A DNA stretch of 64,000 bases from the NCBI GenBank assembly GCA_040954595.2, contig CM082588.2, forward strand, positions 3,370,513 through 3,434,512. Reading direction: 5' to 3'. The stretch's first letter is position 1, and every line of letters starts with the position of its first letter. Source of the DNA: Balanoglossus misakiensis. Lineage: Eukaryota; Animalia; Hemichordata. The position numbers were made by a program, and so were the translations under genes. The notes below the pieces were generated by a model. That model did not search any database. It was not told where the DNA came from and saw only the letters and a list, made by a program, of their open reading frames with translations. Below are positions 11,236 to 23,808 of the stretch, piece after piece.

Positions 11236-12306
11236 ATTATGAACACAACTGACAGTTAATCGCCGTGTAGACTATCGTTTTCAAGAGGACGTGGACAAAA
11301 CCAATCATGGAAACCGCTGTGTTAAAAACTGCCATGTTGAAGAACAGTTTGGGTCGAATTGTTTGTTTTTCTTGTGAAAATTCCCAAACAGTTCCCTACT
11401 TCGATGTGAAGGAAAGCTAATCAACTTTGAATTCTTCCCAGCTGCAGAAACTTATCTTTGTATTCCGCCACTGTTATTGAAGAGCTCTTGGCCAGTAGAC
11501 TACGATTATCATGTGAACTCTGACCTCTAGAAGCACTACCAGATGTATTCGACTTGGACTAAATTTGGCCGTAAACATGTATAGTCTCCCAACTGTGCAG
11601 CTGATGATTGGACCGGCAAAGTTTGCCTAGACTGTCTATCATCCCCAGGAATAATGGCTTTTTCAACCTTAACATGAGCCATGCTTTTCTCCCACATCAG
11701 ACCTTTCCGTAGAAAACGCATTCTCAGAGTGACAGACTGAGAGTAGAGGGGAATAGCAAAGAGGAAAGCTGGGCTGCATGACTCTATAAGGGAGAATGGA
11801 AGTTTGCAACAGACTTTGACATATCATAACTTAAATTAATGGTGGATGAGTGTGTTGTGTGAGAGTCTCTTACATAGTGCTTCCATGAGACTGTCATAAA
11901 TACATCACTCACCTTTTTTAATACAAAACTATATAGGGACCAACTGTAAGTGATGGTTTCTCCTGTAAATCTTAGATGCTGCTACTAGTAATACTGTCTA
12001 GTTGAAGAATCTAGAAATGCTTGTGTGGTAATTTTTTTCCTACCACATGCATTTTCTTTCGTGCAATCTTAAGAGTTTGACAGCTATATTGCCTATTTTA
12101 TTTTTTGAAGGGTTTCTGAGCCAAGCAAAACTGCCGATAAATACAGAAGTATTATGCTTTTGTGACTTGATCTTTTATAAACTTCCACCCTCATTTTAAT
12201 TTTGAATAGCAGGTTTCAATTGCTCAAAAAAAAATCTAATAAAGTCCTGGAATTTTGAAATCGCTCTTTGAAGATCTCTAAGAAATGACAATCACCACTG
12301 GAATAA

Positions 12307-12399
12307 TTGACCCTTTCACCACCATGGTTCAGTCCGAACCCATTGTTTTCTATGGTAAGGTTGGACCTCTAAAGAGGGAATTGGGGGTGAAAGGGTTAA
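12307..12399 (+). mobile_element. MITE copy 4 (perfect 10-bp TIR)
   Basis: ttgaCCCTTTCACC...GGTGAAAGGGttaa; lies downstream of the HDX-like stop, in its probable 3' UTR. Confidence 0.82.
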
Positions 12400-13059
12400 A
12401 GTTAACAGCAACACAGTACTGGGATGTGGAAACCAAGGGAGGTGATTAATCCATTTTACATCAGAACACTGAGAAAAATGGTAGTGCTATTAATCAAACT
12501 TCACCCTGTGAAGAATGATAATTTTTTTAAAAGTCTTTCAACTTTATAGATGTGCCGATTATTGATTCAGTATATATTACATTGTACTATCAAGATAAAT
12601 ATTTATAAAGCTATCAGGATGAAGATTTATAAAGCTTTGTTTCAAGTTAAAGTATGCAATTTCTTGTGCACGAAAAAACTTACAAATTTCTGTAGTGAGT
12701 AGAATGTATGTAGAGATGTCTGAAAGTGTCATGTTTTACACAATTGCTACTTTATGTGCGACTTTTTTATTGTTGAAAATGGATTATGTAATTTTAGAAA
12801 TTTGAATCATGTGTTCAAGTCTGCTGTACTTCATGTGGTACGATAATATATGATGAAAATATCTTACTTTTCATTTTCAAAGATAATACTGTATTCTTAG
12901 ATGTTTTAAAATGTTTCTATGTGCAAGAGCTATTACATTTATAAGATAATATATCTCTGAAATTAAAAACGACCACTTCGCAGTGGTTCAAGACGACTTT
13001 ATTGGCTTATTTTCATTTTTATCCGGTTGTTTCTTGAATGGTAGTGATAATTTGGATGA

Positions 13060-13200
13060 GCTGGCGCCCCTAGATGACTTTTCTTTTTCATCATGCGAAT
13101 ATTTATGGGCTTAGGGGGTCGGTAAACGAAGATGGCGACTCGTAGACGGACAGCGTCGCCGAACACGAATACGGCTTTCTGCGATTACTTGTAATGTACC
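13060..13200 (+). promoter_or_regulatory. Probable HLCS promoter/TSS region with YY1-type motif
   Basis: Abrupt switch from AT-rich 3' UTR-like sequence (ATTAAA at 12962) to CpG-rich sequence; AAGATGGCG at 13129-13137. Confidence 0.5.
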
Positions 13201-13750
13201 GCTTACTTTGAAGACTGTTGCTTGGTTACGTGCATGAAACACCTGTGTGTTTGACCGTAACAGATTGTCTCCATCTCACCAACTCACGTTTTGAGGTGTG
13301 GAAACCCGACTAAACGTTCATTTTTGCCCGTCTTCCACTCAGAACTTCCCACGACCTTATTCCGATCATTGACACCGGTATCAATATCGGGGCTATGATC
13401 GATAGTCTGTAGCAGTCGGTGGAGTTCAACGTTGTGTGTCATTAATTTTACCACAGCATGCGGGGAAGTCGGATTTAAAGTTGCTCGTTAGAAGTTTTCA
13501 AGTCACGAGAAACAGTTTCAATAGCCAGCCTGAACATCTGAAACTAGGTTTTGCACAAACATGTTGACCTACATTTATATGTACATATCTGTTTACGTTG
13601 TCAGTGAATCACAATTGAATGCTAGAGGACGCCTGCATTGAACTTCAGTGTACTTTAAACAGCACGACCCTCCAACCAAAATCTGTAATTATTGCAAATG
13701 ATTCCGGAATGACGACAGTTCCTCAAGAGGAAGTGACAGTATGCGTCCCG

Positions 13751-13784
13751 GTTACCATGGCAAACAGAGTGTTACCATAGCAAC
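13751..13784. promoter_or_regulatory. Tandem RFX X-boxes upstream of the HLCS ATG
   Basis: GTTACCATGGCAAAC (13751-13765) and GTTACCATAGCAAC (13771-13784) match GTTNCCATRGNAAC. Confidence 0.5.
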
Positions 13785-13881
13785 TAACCACAACACCAAC
13801 TTTATAATGAGAGTGCCCGCACGTCCGCATGGAATGGTATTAACATGAACCTCATTAGCCGCAAGAACAAAACTTAATAAC

Positions 13882-16800
13882 ATGTTCATTACAATTTGCT
13901 ATGCATATCTGACATTGGTCTGCTACCGACGACATCACAGCCACAAGATGCACATCGTCAACCTGGTACGGTTGCGTGCTGCCAGATGCAGCGTGGTGTT
14001 TCGCAAGCGGAAAGCTGTTGCAGGGCTGAAGCAGCCGCTGCAGAACAAATACTCAGTACTATGCGAGCCCGGCTCGGAACCAATCAGGGAGGAGATGGAG
14101 TATGATTTCTCAACCAAACAGTTGCTCACAATTTCACCAATGGTAAGTCCCGACGCCATATTTTAGCTTCCCACCAATGCAGATACACATCTGCTGACTT
14201 GGTGGAGTCCTGCGACAAAGTTTAGCTTAAACTTTTTCGCAGATTTTGAGCTTTTTGTCAAATATGGGTTTGGTTGCCAAATTGTTGGTGCCATTCTTTG
14301 GTGTCTGGTTTAAACAGGTTTGTTCGATCCTTTCATCCAACCGTATGGTGGTCATTCAGCAAGATGAAAAGTAATAAGGAAATGTGCTTGACTTTAACTG
14401 CAGTTGAACACAGCTGCAGTTGCATGGGGAGAGACAACCTGTGGTTCAAATACATCAGCAAGTTAAATTACTTGTAATATTACTCAATGATGCTGAATAA
14501 TTGGCTGTTTCTGAAGTCATTTCATCATTTGGATGAATGGAAGTATATTGTTTCCTGCTGTGGTAACTTGTTAAACAGTTTTGTTTATTGAGAGTCAATA
14601 TCACTCAGTGTGTCCTCTAACAAACATGAATACTATTATTGATTGATTGATTGATTGTCAGTCACATTCAGGCTTTGTGGCCATACATGGATGAGAGTAT
14701 CATTTTAGCAAAAAAGCATTGGCCTACTTTGAGGTTGATAATACTTCTCAATGGTGACCTGTTCAAAGTGTTCCAGTTTACACAGCTGTTAAATCATCTT
14801 TAAGAGGCGCAACTCAATATCCCTGTAACGTCATGATTCTGAAGACAGTCCATCTGCGGTTGATGGAAACTTTTGTTGTCCCTGTACAGAAGTGGTGATG
14901 TAGTGTTTCTGAGTGGCTATTCGAGCAGAAAAACAGCAAATATTGACTTGATCTTGCAAATTGTCATGCGTGACAGACAGTAACAAACATGCATGCATGT
15001 ATGGTATGACGTCATACCTCCACTAGGTTTGATTGTGGTTCATTGTCACTTCTACAGCTCTCTCAGCTCGGAAATACGTGGTCGGAGATAAAAAGCACCC
15101 CATGTGTGGTCCTTCAACTTGGCTGATTTCATTGACATTTTAATTGGTGAATGTTACAGCATTGCTATGATACATTGTTGGGTTGGGTGCAGATTGATAC
15201 TTGTTTGCAAATTGCTTAATCCTGCAGAAATCATTGCTAGCAATCCTAGTGCCTGGATGGAATTTCGATTATTAGAAATCGCTCTCAATAGACAACTTGC
15301 TAATGTGGTCAGATGGCGATGCCTCCAGACAAAAAGAAATCCATCATGTTTATACTGAAATGCATTTGTCCATCAAGACAGATAGCTGCAATAATGTTCC
15401 ATAATTCTCAGTTGGGGACTGCATCATCGATGATGATCCCTTCCACTGGTCAAGAACTAAGAAATAGGGAAATCTGCCTTCTAAGCCACTAGATATCAAT
15501 TAATAATCTGATAGTGCAGACTGCATCCAACATGAGCCTGGCAGAGGTCAGTAAACTCATGTAGCACAGCTCAGTAATGTCAGCATGTCATTCCACAAAT
15601 ACAGAACAGCTGCTCATGTTCGAAATAGATGGTACACTTCTTCAAAGCAAACTAGTCACCATAAAAATATTTATATGTAGTCAGCTATATTCAATCTTTG
15701 ATACAACCTTTTTCCTGCTGTTATTCGTTATAAAGAAATACATGAAGATTTAAAAACACTGTGCTTGTGTTAATTGTATAAAATGTTCTTTGAATATAAA
15801 CTCGACTTTGTGATTTGAATTTATCTAATATTTGAATTGAACTACGTTATTAATTTGTCTGTTTGTCACCCCCACTAAACCTTCAAGTCATCATATTTTT
15901 ATAGAATTTAATTTGTTTTGCAGGTAAAACATGACATATCCATGGTAACGTAACATGCGTCCTGCATCCCATATGACCTTGCTACCATAGAAACTGCGAA
16001 AATATTGTGTTCTTATTTTTAACGATATCAGGCGTCAAGGAAAGATGGCTTGCCAAGATCGATAATAGAGCTGGCAAAATAATTATCTGGCCATCTGAAC
16101 AAAGTCATTTGTTTCTGCTCAGTGAGAAATGTGTAAATTTTTCGGGAAAAGTTTGTATCTGTTTCACCTTTATCAGTAGGAAACATGCTAAAGCGCTAGA
16201 AACACGTCTGACAATTTTGGTGCACTCATTATAATCCACAAGTTCATTTCTGGAGACCTTGTCATCTCAAAATCAATGTGACTAAAAATAATTTTTTTTT
16301 ATTTGTTTAATAATATCAATTGATTATTATAGTGTGAAAGTTGGGAAAATGGCTTGCTGGGATGAAAGACATGGCAGATTCATTATATAGCCATCTGAAT
16401 GAAGTCATTTGTTTCTAAGAGAATAAAAGAAGAAAATGGTTTATGTGTAATTGAGTTTACAATCAACACTGTTCCGTTTAACCCCTCTGTCAAGAGAATC
16501 AAAGACCCCCTGGAAGGAATGGCACATTCAAAGATCTGAGACCCCCACAGCGTCGTTTTCTACCCACAGGAAGGATTCTCTATTTATAATATCACATCCA
16601 TTTTTAGCTGCTTACGTCACAAAAGACAACTACTGTGAGGAGGACAGTTTTCAGAATGGTGTTAAAATGTAATGATTTCGAAGTGCCCTTGAACATGAAA
16701 TACGCAGCTAGATGTCTGACGTAAAATCCACAGGTCTGTTTGTGGGGGATCAATGCCAAACCTTTTAAAATCAACTTGTGGTAGAATTTGTTCAATTCAT

Positions 16801-19800
16801 CAATGCTTTGTGTTTAATATTGTAAGATTTGATTTTTTTGTATTCATAAATGCACTATCTAGGTCAGTTGAGAAATAGAAATGTTGCTGTTTTTCTTGCA
16901 GCAAGCAGTCAACCTTGATGAAAACTGGACCTCATTTATCGGCCGAGACGTCCCATTGGACGACCCCAATAAAAACCATACCTTAATCCTGATAGAGGCT
17001 CACCTGCCACGAAAGGGCAAGCATGGTAGACGGCCGAGTGTGGACATTCCTAAAGATAAAATGGTGAAGCTGTCTGAGTTGTCTGTGCCCATTGCCTGGA
17101 AGGCCGGCCAGCCGTTTGGGTTACTAGTCAGGTCGAAGATCGACGATTTCAGCACGATTGGACTTGCATTTCTAGAAGGGCTGCTGCAGTTGGATGATGG
17201 ACTGCAAGTTGAACAGATGTTGTGTGAGTAATATGCAAATATTAATCATAAAGTTGACTGAAATAATACCAAACTTCAGATATTGTAAATGTAATCCAAG
17301 TATGTATTTTCATTTATTTCATCAGAATTTTTAAAAAATTAATGTATGTACAACATTTGCCATTTCATGCCAATTTCTTAACACTAAAGTAATTTCTTTC
17401 TTTTCTGTATTATTTATTAGCTGTTGTCATAGAAGGCCATGCGTACAAGCTTCTCGATTATCTGCCAGGAACTCGAAGATCTTGTACCTTGGGTGCACCA
17501 AAGTCGCACAGTAAGTCCAGATCTCCAAACAGTTCAACGCCCGCAGATGCGCACAGAAAACCCAGGCCGAGGTCTTTTGGTGGCGAGTTTTCCTCACCTC
17601 CGTTTCCCAAATCGCCGTCTCCCTCACCGTCGTCCCTCTCGCCACAGTCGAGCGGTCAGGCCAGACATCTGAGGAAGCGACACTCGCCGATCTTCTTGAA
17701 GAAGTTGGAGGAGAAACAGCGGTCGCAGGAGTCGTCGCCGATATCCAGCGCGTTCTCCTCAAGACGCGGCTCTCAGGAATCTCTCTCCTCAGGCATTGAA
17801 ATCACCATCGATACGTCTCACGACAGTTCGGGATCGGCGGAGGCGAGCGCCGTGGCAACCGGCAGCAAAGATGCAAACGCTGCAAGCGGAGGGAAGGCGG
17901 ACAGACAGAAGCAAAAACCTCCCAACGTTCTTGTGTTTGCGGACAGCGTTGATGACGAGGGGGTGAAATTTCAGAGGGTCAAAACATTGCTTGATCTGTG
18001 CTTTCAAAGGAACTGCTACACAGTGTACAACGTGGGCGCCGAGACACTTTCCAAAGACCCCTGGATCGACAACACCAAGTTGTTGGTCCTCGCCATGAGC
18101 GGCGATCTTTCCGAGCAACTGAAAGAAGTGATTGTGAAGTATCTCTACAAAGGCGGACAGCTTTTAAGCCTCTGTTGCAATTTTCATGCAGGTGTGAAAG
18201 TGCAGCCGTGTGCAGATGCCGCGGACGTGCGCGACGTCACATACACTTCGTACGATAGAAACATGACGCATGATTTGTCGGCAAGCTGCATGCCGTGTAG
18301 TTACAAACTGTCTTCTGTCAATGATCATTGTGTCAAGGTTCTGGCTACCTCTCATGATGAGGCTGTGTTAGTGCATGTCGACATCGGTGACCAAGGAGGA
18401 TCAGCCATTTTGTCTCAGGTGAGCCAGCAAGATAAGAACATCAATTTTGTCCCTTCCAATAGTATAACATTGAGATTTGCTGGAAAGTCACTTCTCTACT
18501 TTTGTCATTGTTTTGACGTTTTGTGGTGTTCTTGTATAACATGCTTTCTTTCTGTCTTGGCATCCTTTGGTGTTTCCTTTTAGGTTCATTTAGAGGACAC
18601 CGCTGGCGAGGGGTCCTCATTGGACACTGAAACTTTCACCAGGCTTAAAAAGTCGAATATTACGCGGCACGAAGTGTGTCGAGATGTTCTCACTACGCTG
18701 GGGATGAGGTGTGGGACCGGAGAGCTACCGGCGCTGACCCCTTGTTATCTCATCTGTGAGAACGAGGTAAGAGACTAAGGCAATGCTATCCTCTGTTTTG
18801 TCTGTCTGTACAGGAAAATTCCCACTCACTAGTAACAGTCAGAGAGCAGCCACAGCCCGTATCTGTTTCCATGACAATAACTGTACAATCTCTTTGACAT
18901 CCACAGGGACTCAAACAACAGTTTCTGGCATCGATATCTCATAAACTGGACGCCAATCACTATTTGAGAGGGTCAAAGGTCAGCCTCCAATTCGTGCCTG
19001 CAGCAGAGGATGCTGGGGAGGTGACGACGGACAAGTTGCCCGTGGTAACAAACCAACGTCTGCTTGCTGGGGGGAGTTTCAACTCGGAGCTGTACATGAA
19101 GAATCTGAACACTAAGCACCTAGGGAAAGCTGTGTTATATAGTGAAGTCATCCCAACGACACAAGCAGTTTTTGAAAGGTGAGTATTAAAGGAAAACACT
19201 GATTGTTACATTTTGGAGAAGTGCTGATAACCATACACAGAACTAGCACTGATTCTGTTTGTTTTTTCTCTCCTGAAAATATTGTTTATCTCCTCCAGCT
19301 TGCAACGCAGTGTTCCTGCACATGTTGGCTTGGTATCTATAGCAACCGCTATGACAGCTGGGAAGGGTGAGTTCTCAAACTATATTTCCTATCTCGTCAT
19401 ACTTGTTTTTTTTAATGTATTTCCCATATTCACAATAAATATTTCTCAACTCAGATATGAAGCACAGAAAATCTGATGATCACTTGATGTTCTCTCAATC
19501 TTCAGGTCGCGGAGGGAATGCCTGGCTGGGCCCACCTGGCTGTGCCATGTTCTCTCTACTGGCCCATTTTGCCCACCATTCACAGCTAGGTCAAAGGTTA
19601 CCTTTTCTGCAGCACATTGCATCACTGGCCGTAGTGGATGCTGTGCGACTGCAACCAGGATACGAGGTCAGTGTGCGAGGGTGCTGTTTCCATAATTTTC
19701 TGATTATGAAAAGAGCATAAACAAGACCCCTTCCACTTTGAATTTTCATCCAAGCAAACATTTCTTAACAAAGCAAAGATAAATGTGAAATAAACATTGT

Positions 19801-20919
19801 TTGTGGATTTCTCTTTTCAGGATATTGACCTTCGATTGAAATGGCCCAATGATATCTACTATGGTGATGAGTTGAAACTTGGAGGTGTTATTGTCAATAC
19901 TTCGTATATGGGTGGCCAGTTTACTGCTGTCATAGGTAAGTCACAAATCTTAGAAGAGTCACGGTAGCCCTGTCCAGACAATGTTTTTAGATGAAGCTGG
20001 TACTTGTTCTGAATGCAGAGGAAAAAAAATTACAAAGAAGTACACAATACAGCTAGATCCCGCGCCGAACTTGTTCATAGCGACTGTTGTGTCAAGGGCT
20101 TTTGCATAGCGCCATCTGTAGTCAACTATTGGTGAATACTTTTGTTGGAAAAATGTCAGGATGTGAGACATGACATTGATTGTTGTTTATCACCATTATC
20201 ATTAAGTTGACATTATTGTATTATCAGTAATACCACCATTTTCGAGCTTGTGACATATGTGTCAATTTTTTATCTGGCTATCATTCCCAATGCAGGTTGT
20301 GGTTTCAACGTGAAAAACAGTGACCCCACCATCTGCGTCAACGACATCATACAGCAATACAACCGAGATCACAGCACGCACCTGGCCAGACTGACCGTGG
20401 AGGAGCAGATTGGCCGCACCATCAGCCAGATGGAGCAAATCCTGGACGACTTCATGGCGCGAGGCAAAGAGCCATTCCTGACTAGGTACTATCAGAGATG
20501 GTTGCATAGGTAGGGATTGCTACACTCCATCTAACTAAGTGCGTCCTATCCCCCTGAAATTTTCGTTTTCCTTTTTGTCTTTCTGGTCAGTGAAGGTCCA
20601 AAATTATGAACATGATCAGTTGTAGTATCTAAACGAACTAAAATGTGTTTAAATCATTTTAAAAAATGAGATGGTAACAACAGGATAGTCGAACTGGAAA
20701 TGTGTAATTTCCTTTTGAGCGACCGTGTCATATTTCATGTCTTGCAGCGGGGCAAAAGTTCATATGGAATGTGAATCGGGACCCGAAGTCACGGTGCTTG
20801 GTTTGGACGATAATGGTTTCCTGTTGGTCAAAGACGCAGCTGGCAATACTCAGAGCGTCCAGCCAGACGGCAACAGCTTCGATATGACCAAGAATCTCAT
20901 CACCCTCAAGACACGATAA
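13882..20919 (+). CDS. HLCS: Holocarboxylase synthetase (biotin--protein ligase), ~921 aa, 10 coding exons
   Basis: Exons 13882-14142, 16902-17223, 17421-18418, 18584-18766, 18907-19178, 19299-19366, 19506-19666, 19821-19935, 20296-20509, 20748-20919 (GT-AG, 2766 nt, in frame). Motifs: KPPNVLVF, GKGRGGNAW (biotin-binding loop), LRLKWPNDIY, KLGGVIV, GCGFNV, GLDDNGFL, QPDGNSFDM. The N-terminus MFITICYAYL resembles the long vertebrate isoform. Confidence 0.95.
16039..16416. repeat. Pair of diverged ~75-bp direct repeats in HLCS intron 1
   Basis: 16039-16116 and 16344-16416 share ggaaa.atggcttgc...tggca.a.t.attat.t.gccatctgaa..aagtcatttgtttct. Confidence 0.75.
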
Positions 20920-23789
20920 TGGTTTGTATCATTACACAAAAGTGTGGATTCTGGAGCAAAATTTCTGACAAAAATTGACAAAAAGTTAGAAATTTTTCAG
21001 CCATTTTGAGACATAAGTTGCTTATTCGTAAATTTAAACGACACCACATGATTTCTCGACTAAAAGTTTTGGTTAAAAGTGTCTCAAAAAACCAATGTTG
21101 GAAGTTGGCAGATCAGTCTGATCATCCCCACCCCAAACATTTACTTGTAGTGCACTGGCCAATATAGAGTTGATGAACACCTGTGTCAATGACCACTACA
21201 CAGCATTCTATTCAAGGGTGACAGCTAGTCCTTGGAACTGCACCTGTGTGGGTTTTTTTCTTCACCTGAATAACACACCATATACAAAGTTGAAGTGTAG
21301 CCGAAGTTAATGTTGTAGTGTACACAATAGAATCACAAAGCCATGTACATTTAGCTGTTTACTGGTTATCACATTCCCTCATACATTTGATACCATTTGA
21401 ATTGTTTGTATGGGTAGCATACAACCTGTGAGTACATAATTCAGGTCTGATTCCCTATAAATTTAATTCCAGTCAAATAAATTTAATCCCCCCATTTTCC
21501 AGTCAAATAAACTGACCCTTATTGGGAACTAGGTCACACACACACGGCCTACAGTCGCACACGACCACAGAGATGTGTGGAACCATGGCAGTGTATGCCT
21601 CGAGAGGGCAGCATTCATTCTGAAGGTCCCACTGCAAACGTCCTTGCAACCGCCAAGCCTATTCAGACTCCTCTGAAATGTTGACTCTCGAGATTAGCAA
21701 ACAAACAATCACGTCAGCTGACACACAAGTAGGTCTGCCTGCATGAAAATTTCGTGTATTTTCACTGGAAAAACACAATATTTTCCTTTGTGGAGTTTAT
21801 CGATCGTGCCATGGCATTAAACCGCAGTATTCACCCCCCTATCCAAGAAAACAGTAACAATTGGCCATCAGAAAAGAGAGATTATTTCATCCTCATCATT
21901 TAATCCATCTTCTGCTCAATTAAGTTAGTTTCAATATTTTTATTGGGTTTTCACTGATTTGAGGCAGGTTTTGATAGTTTTTCATCAATTTATAACAAAG
22001 GTGGTTTTTGTCATAACAAGAGAGAGAGATGCACACCTATCAATCAATTAAACATGTCACAATGATGACGTGAACGCCAAATAAAAAACAGCAGTGCCAA
22101 ACGGTGGGTAACAATCCCCTGAGCAAAGTTGCAAATATTTTGTGATTCACCTTTAAAAAAATCAACTAGTATATTGTGACATACATGTAACTTACTTGTG
22201 AAACAATTTTATTAAAGAATTTCAGTTTGGCTGTTTCTATATAACTGCTTGTTTCAAGGATAAGGAATTACAAACCTTCAGAATAGGACTGTGAACACCT
22301 GCATCCGAGATGAACAAAAATGCCCGGTGATCCTATGCTTGCACTAGGGCCCACAAGACAAAGTCTGTCCAACAAAGAACTTTCTGTCGGGACAGGTTAT
22401 TTCATCAAAGACTTCAAGATTGTTTTTTTCTCCCAGTCTCTTCAATAATAGAATGTGACGCCACAGCTGGGATGGGGTTCGAATTACAAGAACGCTGAGA
22501 TGACTTCTTTTCTTTTTTTTTCATCCCACCTCAGAAAAAAAAAGCTGACTGTATTGATCAGATGTTCTAAGTGGCCATAGCTGCTCCCAAGTGTTTGCTT
22601 AGGCCGTGTATTAGCTGGCCAGCTCACCAATGACAAGTGTGAGATTTCACGGCTTAGGTGTAAAGACTTGCAGCAGATTAATTGATTAGAGCCTGTGTAT
22701 AGAAAACTGGCCCCCTTCAGATGCGACCTGAGTGGGTTTTCTGTGAGTCTATTGAGCCAGGGTGAGCTAAGTGGTGTGCCTATGCCACATTCCAGGGCAG
22801 TCAGGAGCCCTTGTGTACAGCCAACAACTTTGTGTACCTTGGGATTTTTTTTTCTTGCCCCTCGCTGCCTTCGCCGAATTTCTCTCTCTCCGTTTCATTT
22901 TGTCTTTTGAGGACCACCCGCATTCTTTTTTTTCTGTAAATGTTCATTTCAGCTGTTAGTCGGGAGAGAAGGGTATTACGCGGACAAAGAAAACATCGGT
23001 TTGAAGAGTGAAGGGAGTGAGTGGTGTATTGTTTGGAGGTGTGAATTCGTATTGACCAATTTCAATGGCCCGTAAATAAGTATTGATTAGACTGAAACAA
23101 TGAGCGATCTGGAGGGAAAAGCTCATTTGGGAACAGACGGTTTTGTTTTAGGGGGGCTTGTTTTGATATTACTCTCTCGGCCCGCAGTGGCTGGCTTTCC
23201 CCCCTCCCTCTTTTATTCCGGTTCTAATCTTCGCTTTCCATGCCGAGCTTTGTGTCGCACTGACAGCACGGCAAACACAGCTGTGCTTGGCCCCGCTTTG
23301 TTGCGCCCCACAAAGGCCCTCCAAAAAAAAAAGCCGTCCAATCACCATACCCCACTTCCCAGCCGCAGAAGAGCTCGCCCGGCTGGTTTCACTTCCACTT
23401 AAACGTCAGATTTTCACGCGAACTCTATTTTCGTTCCTTCCCTCTCAAGAAACACACGCGGTCAAAGACCAAGCCACTGCCAACAGATCTCCGAAATCGG
23501 CATTCGGATCTAGCACTGCACACCATCGAACTGACACACAGGTGTACACCAAAGCCCAATATCCAGCGACAGTCAACTACGCCACCATATGAAACGTTAA
23601 TTAAGTCGGCAATAAAGAATATTAGCACGTGTTCAGTGTACACTGGGTACGCTTTTTAAAAGGAAACTCCAGAATATATACAGACGTAAAAACACACAGT
23701 TGCTCCCGAAATGGTCATAAAATGATCAAAAACCAACGTTTAAAGGTGACTCTATACAGAGAGAATGAAACTACTTGAATGGGTTGAGT

Positions 23790-23808
23790 TGTGTGTGTGT
23801 GTGTGTGT
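23790..23808. repeat. (TG)n microsatellite
   Basis: Uninterrupted TG run. Confidence 0.85.

Noticed and set aside
13061-13076. CTCF-like ctggcgcccctagatg near the HLCS promoter
   Set aside because: One G short of the core spacing and a poor 5' half; not supportable without a PWM scan.
22470-22522. B-box-like GGTTCGAAT followed by a T-run (possible tRNA/SINE/Pol III unit)
   Set aside because: No A box or cloverleaf and no second copy in the window.
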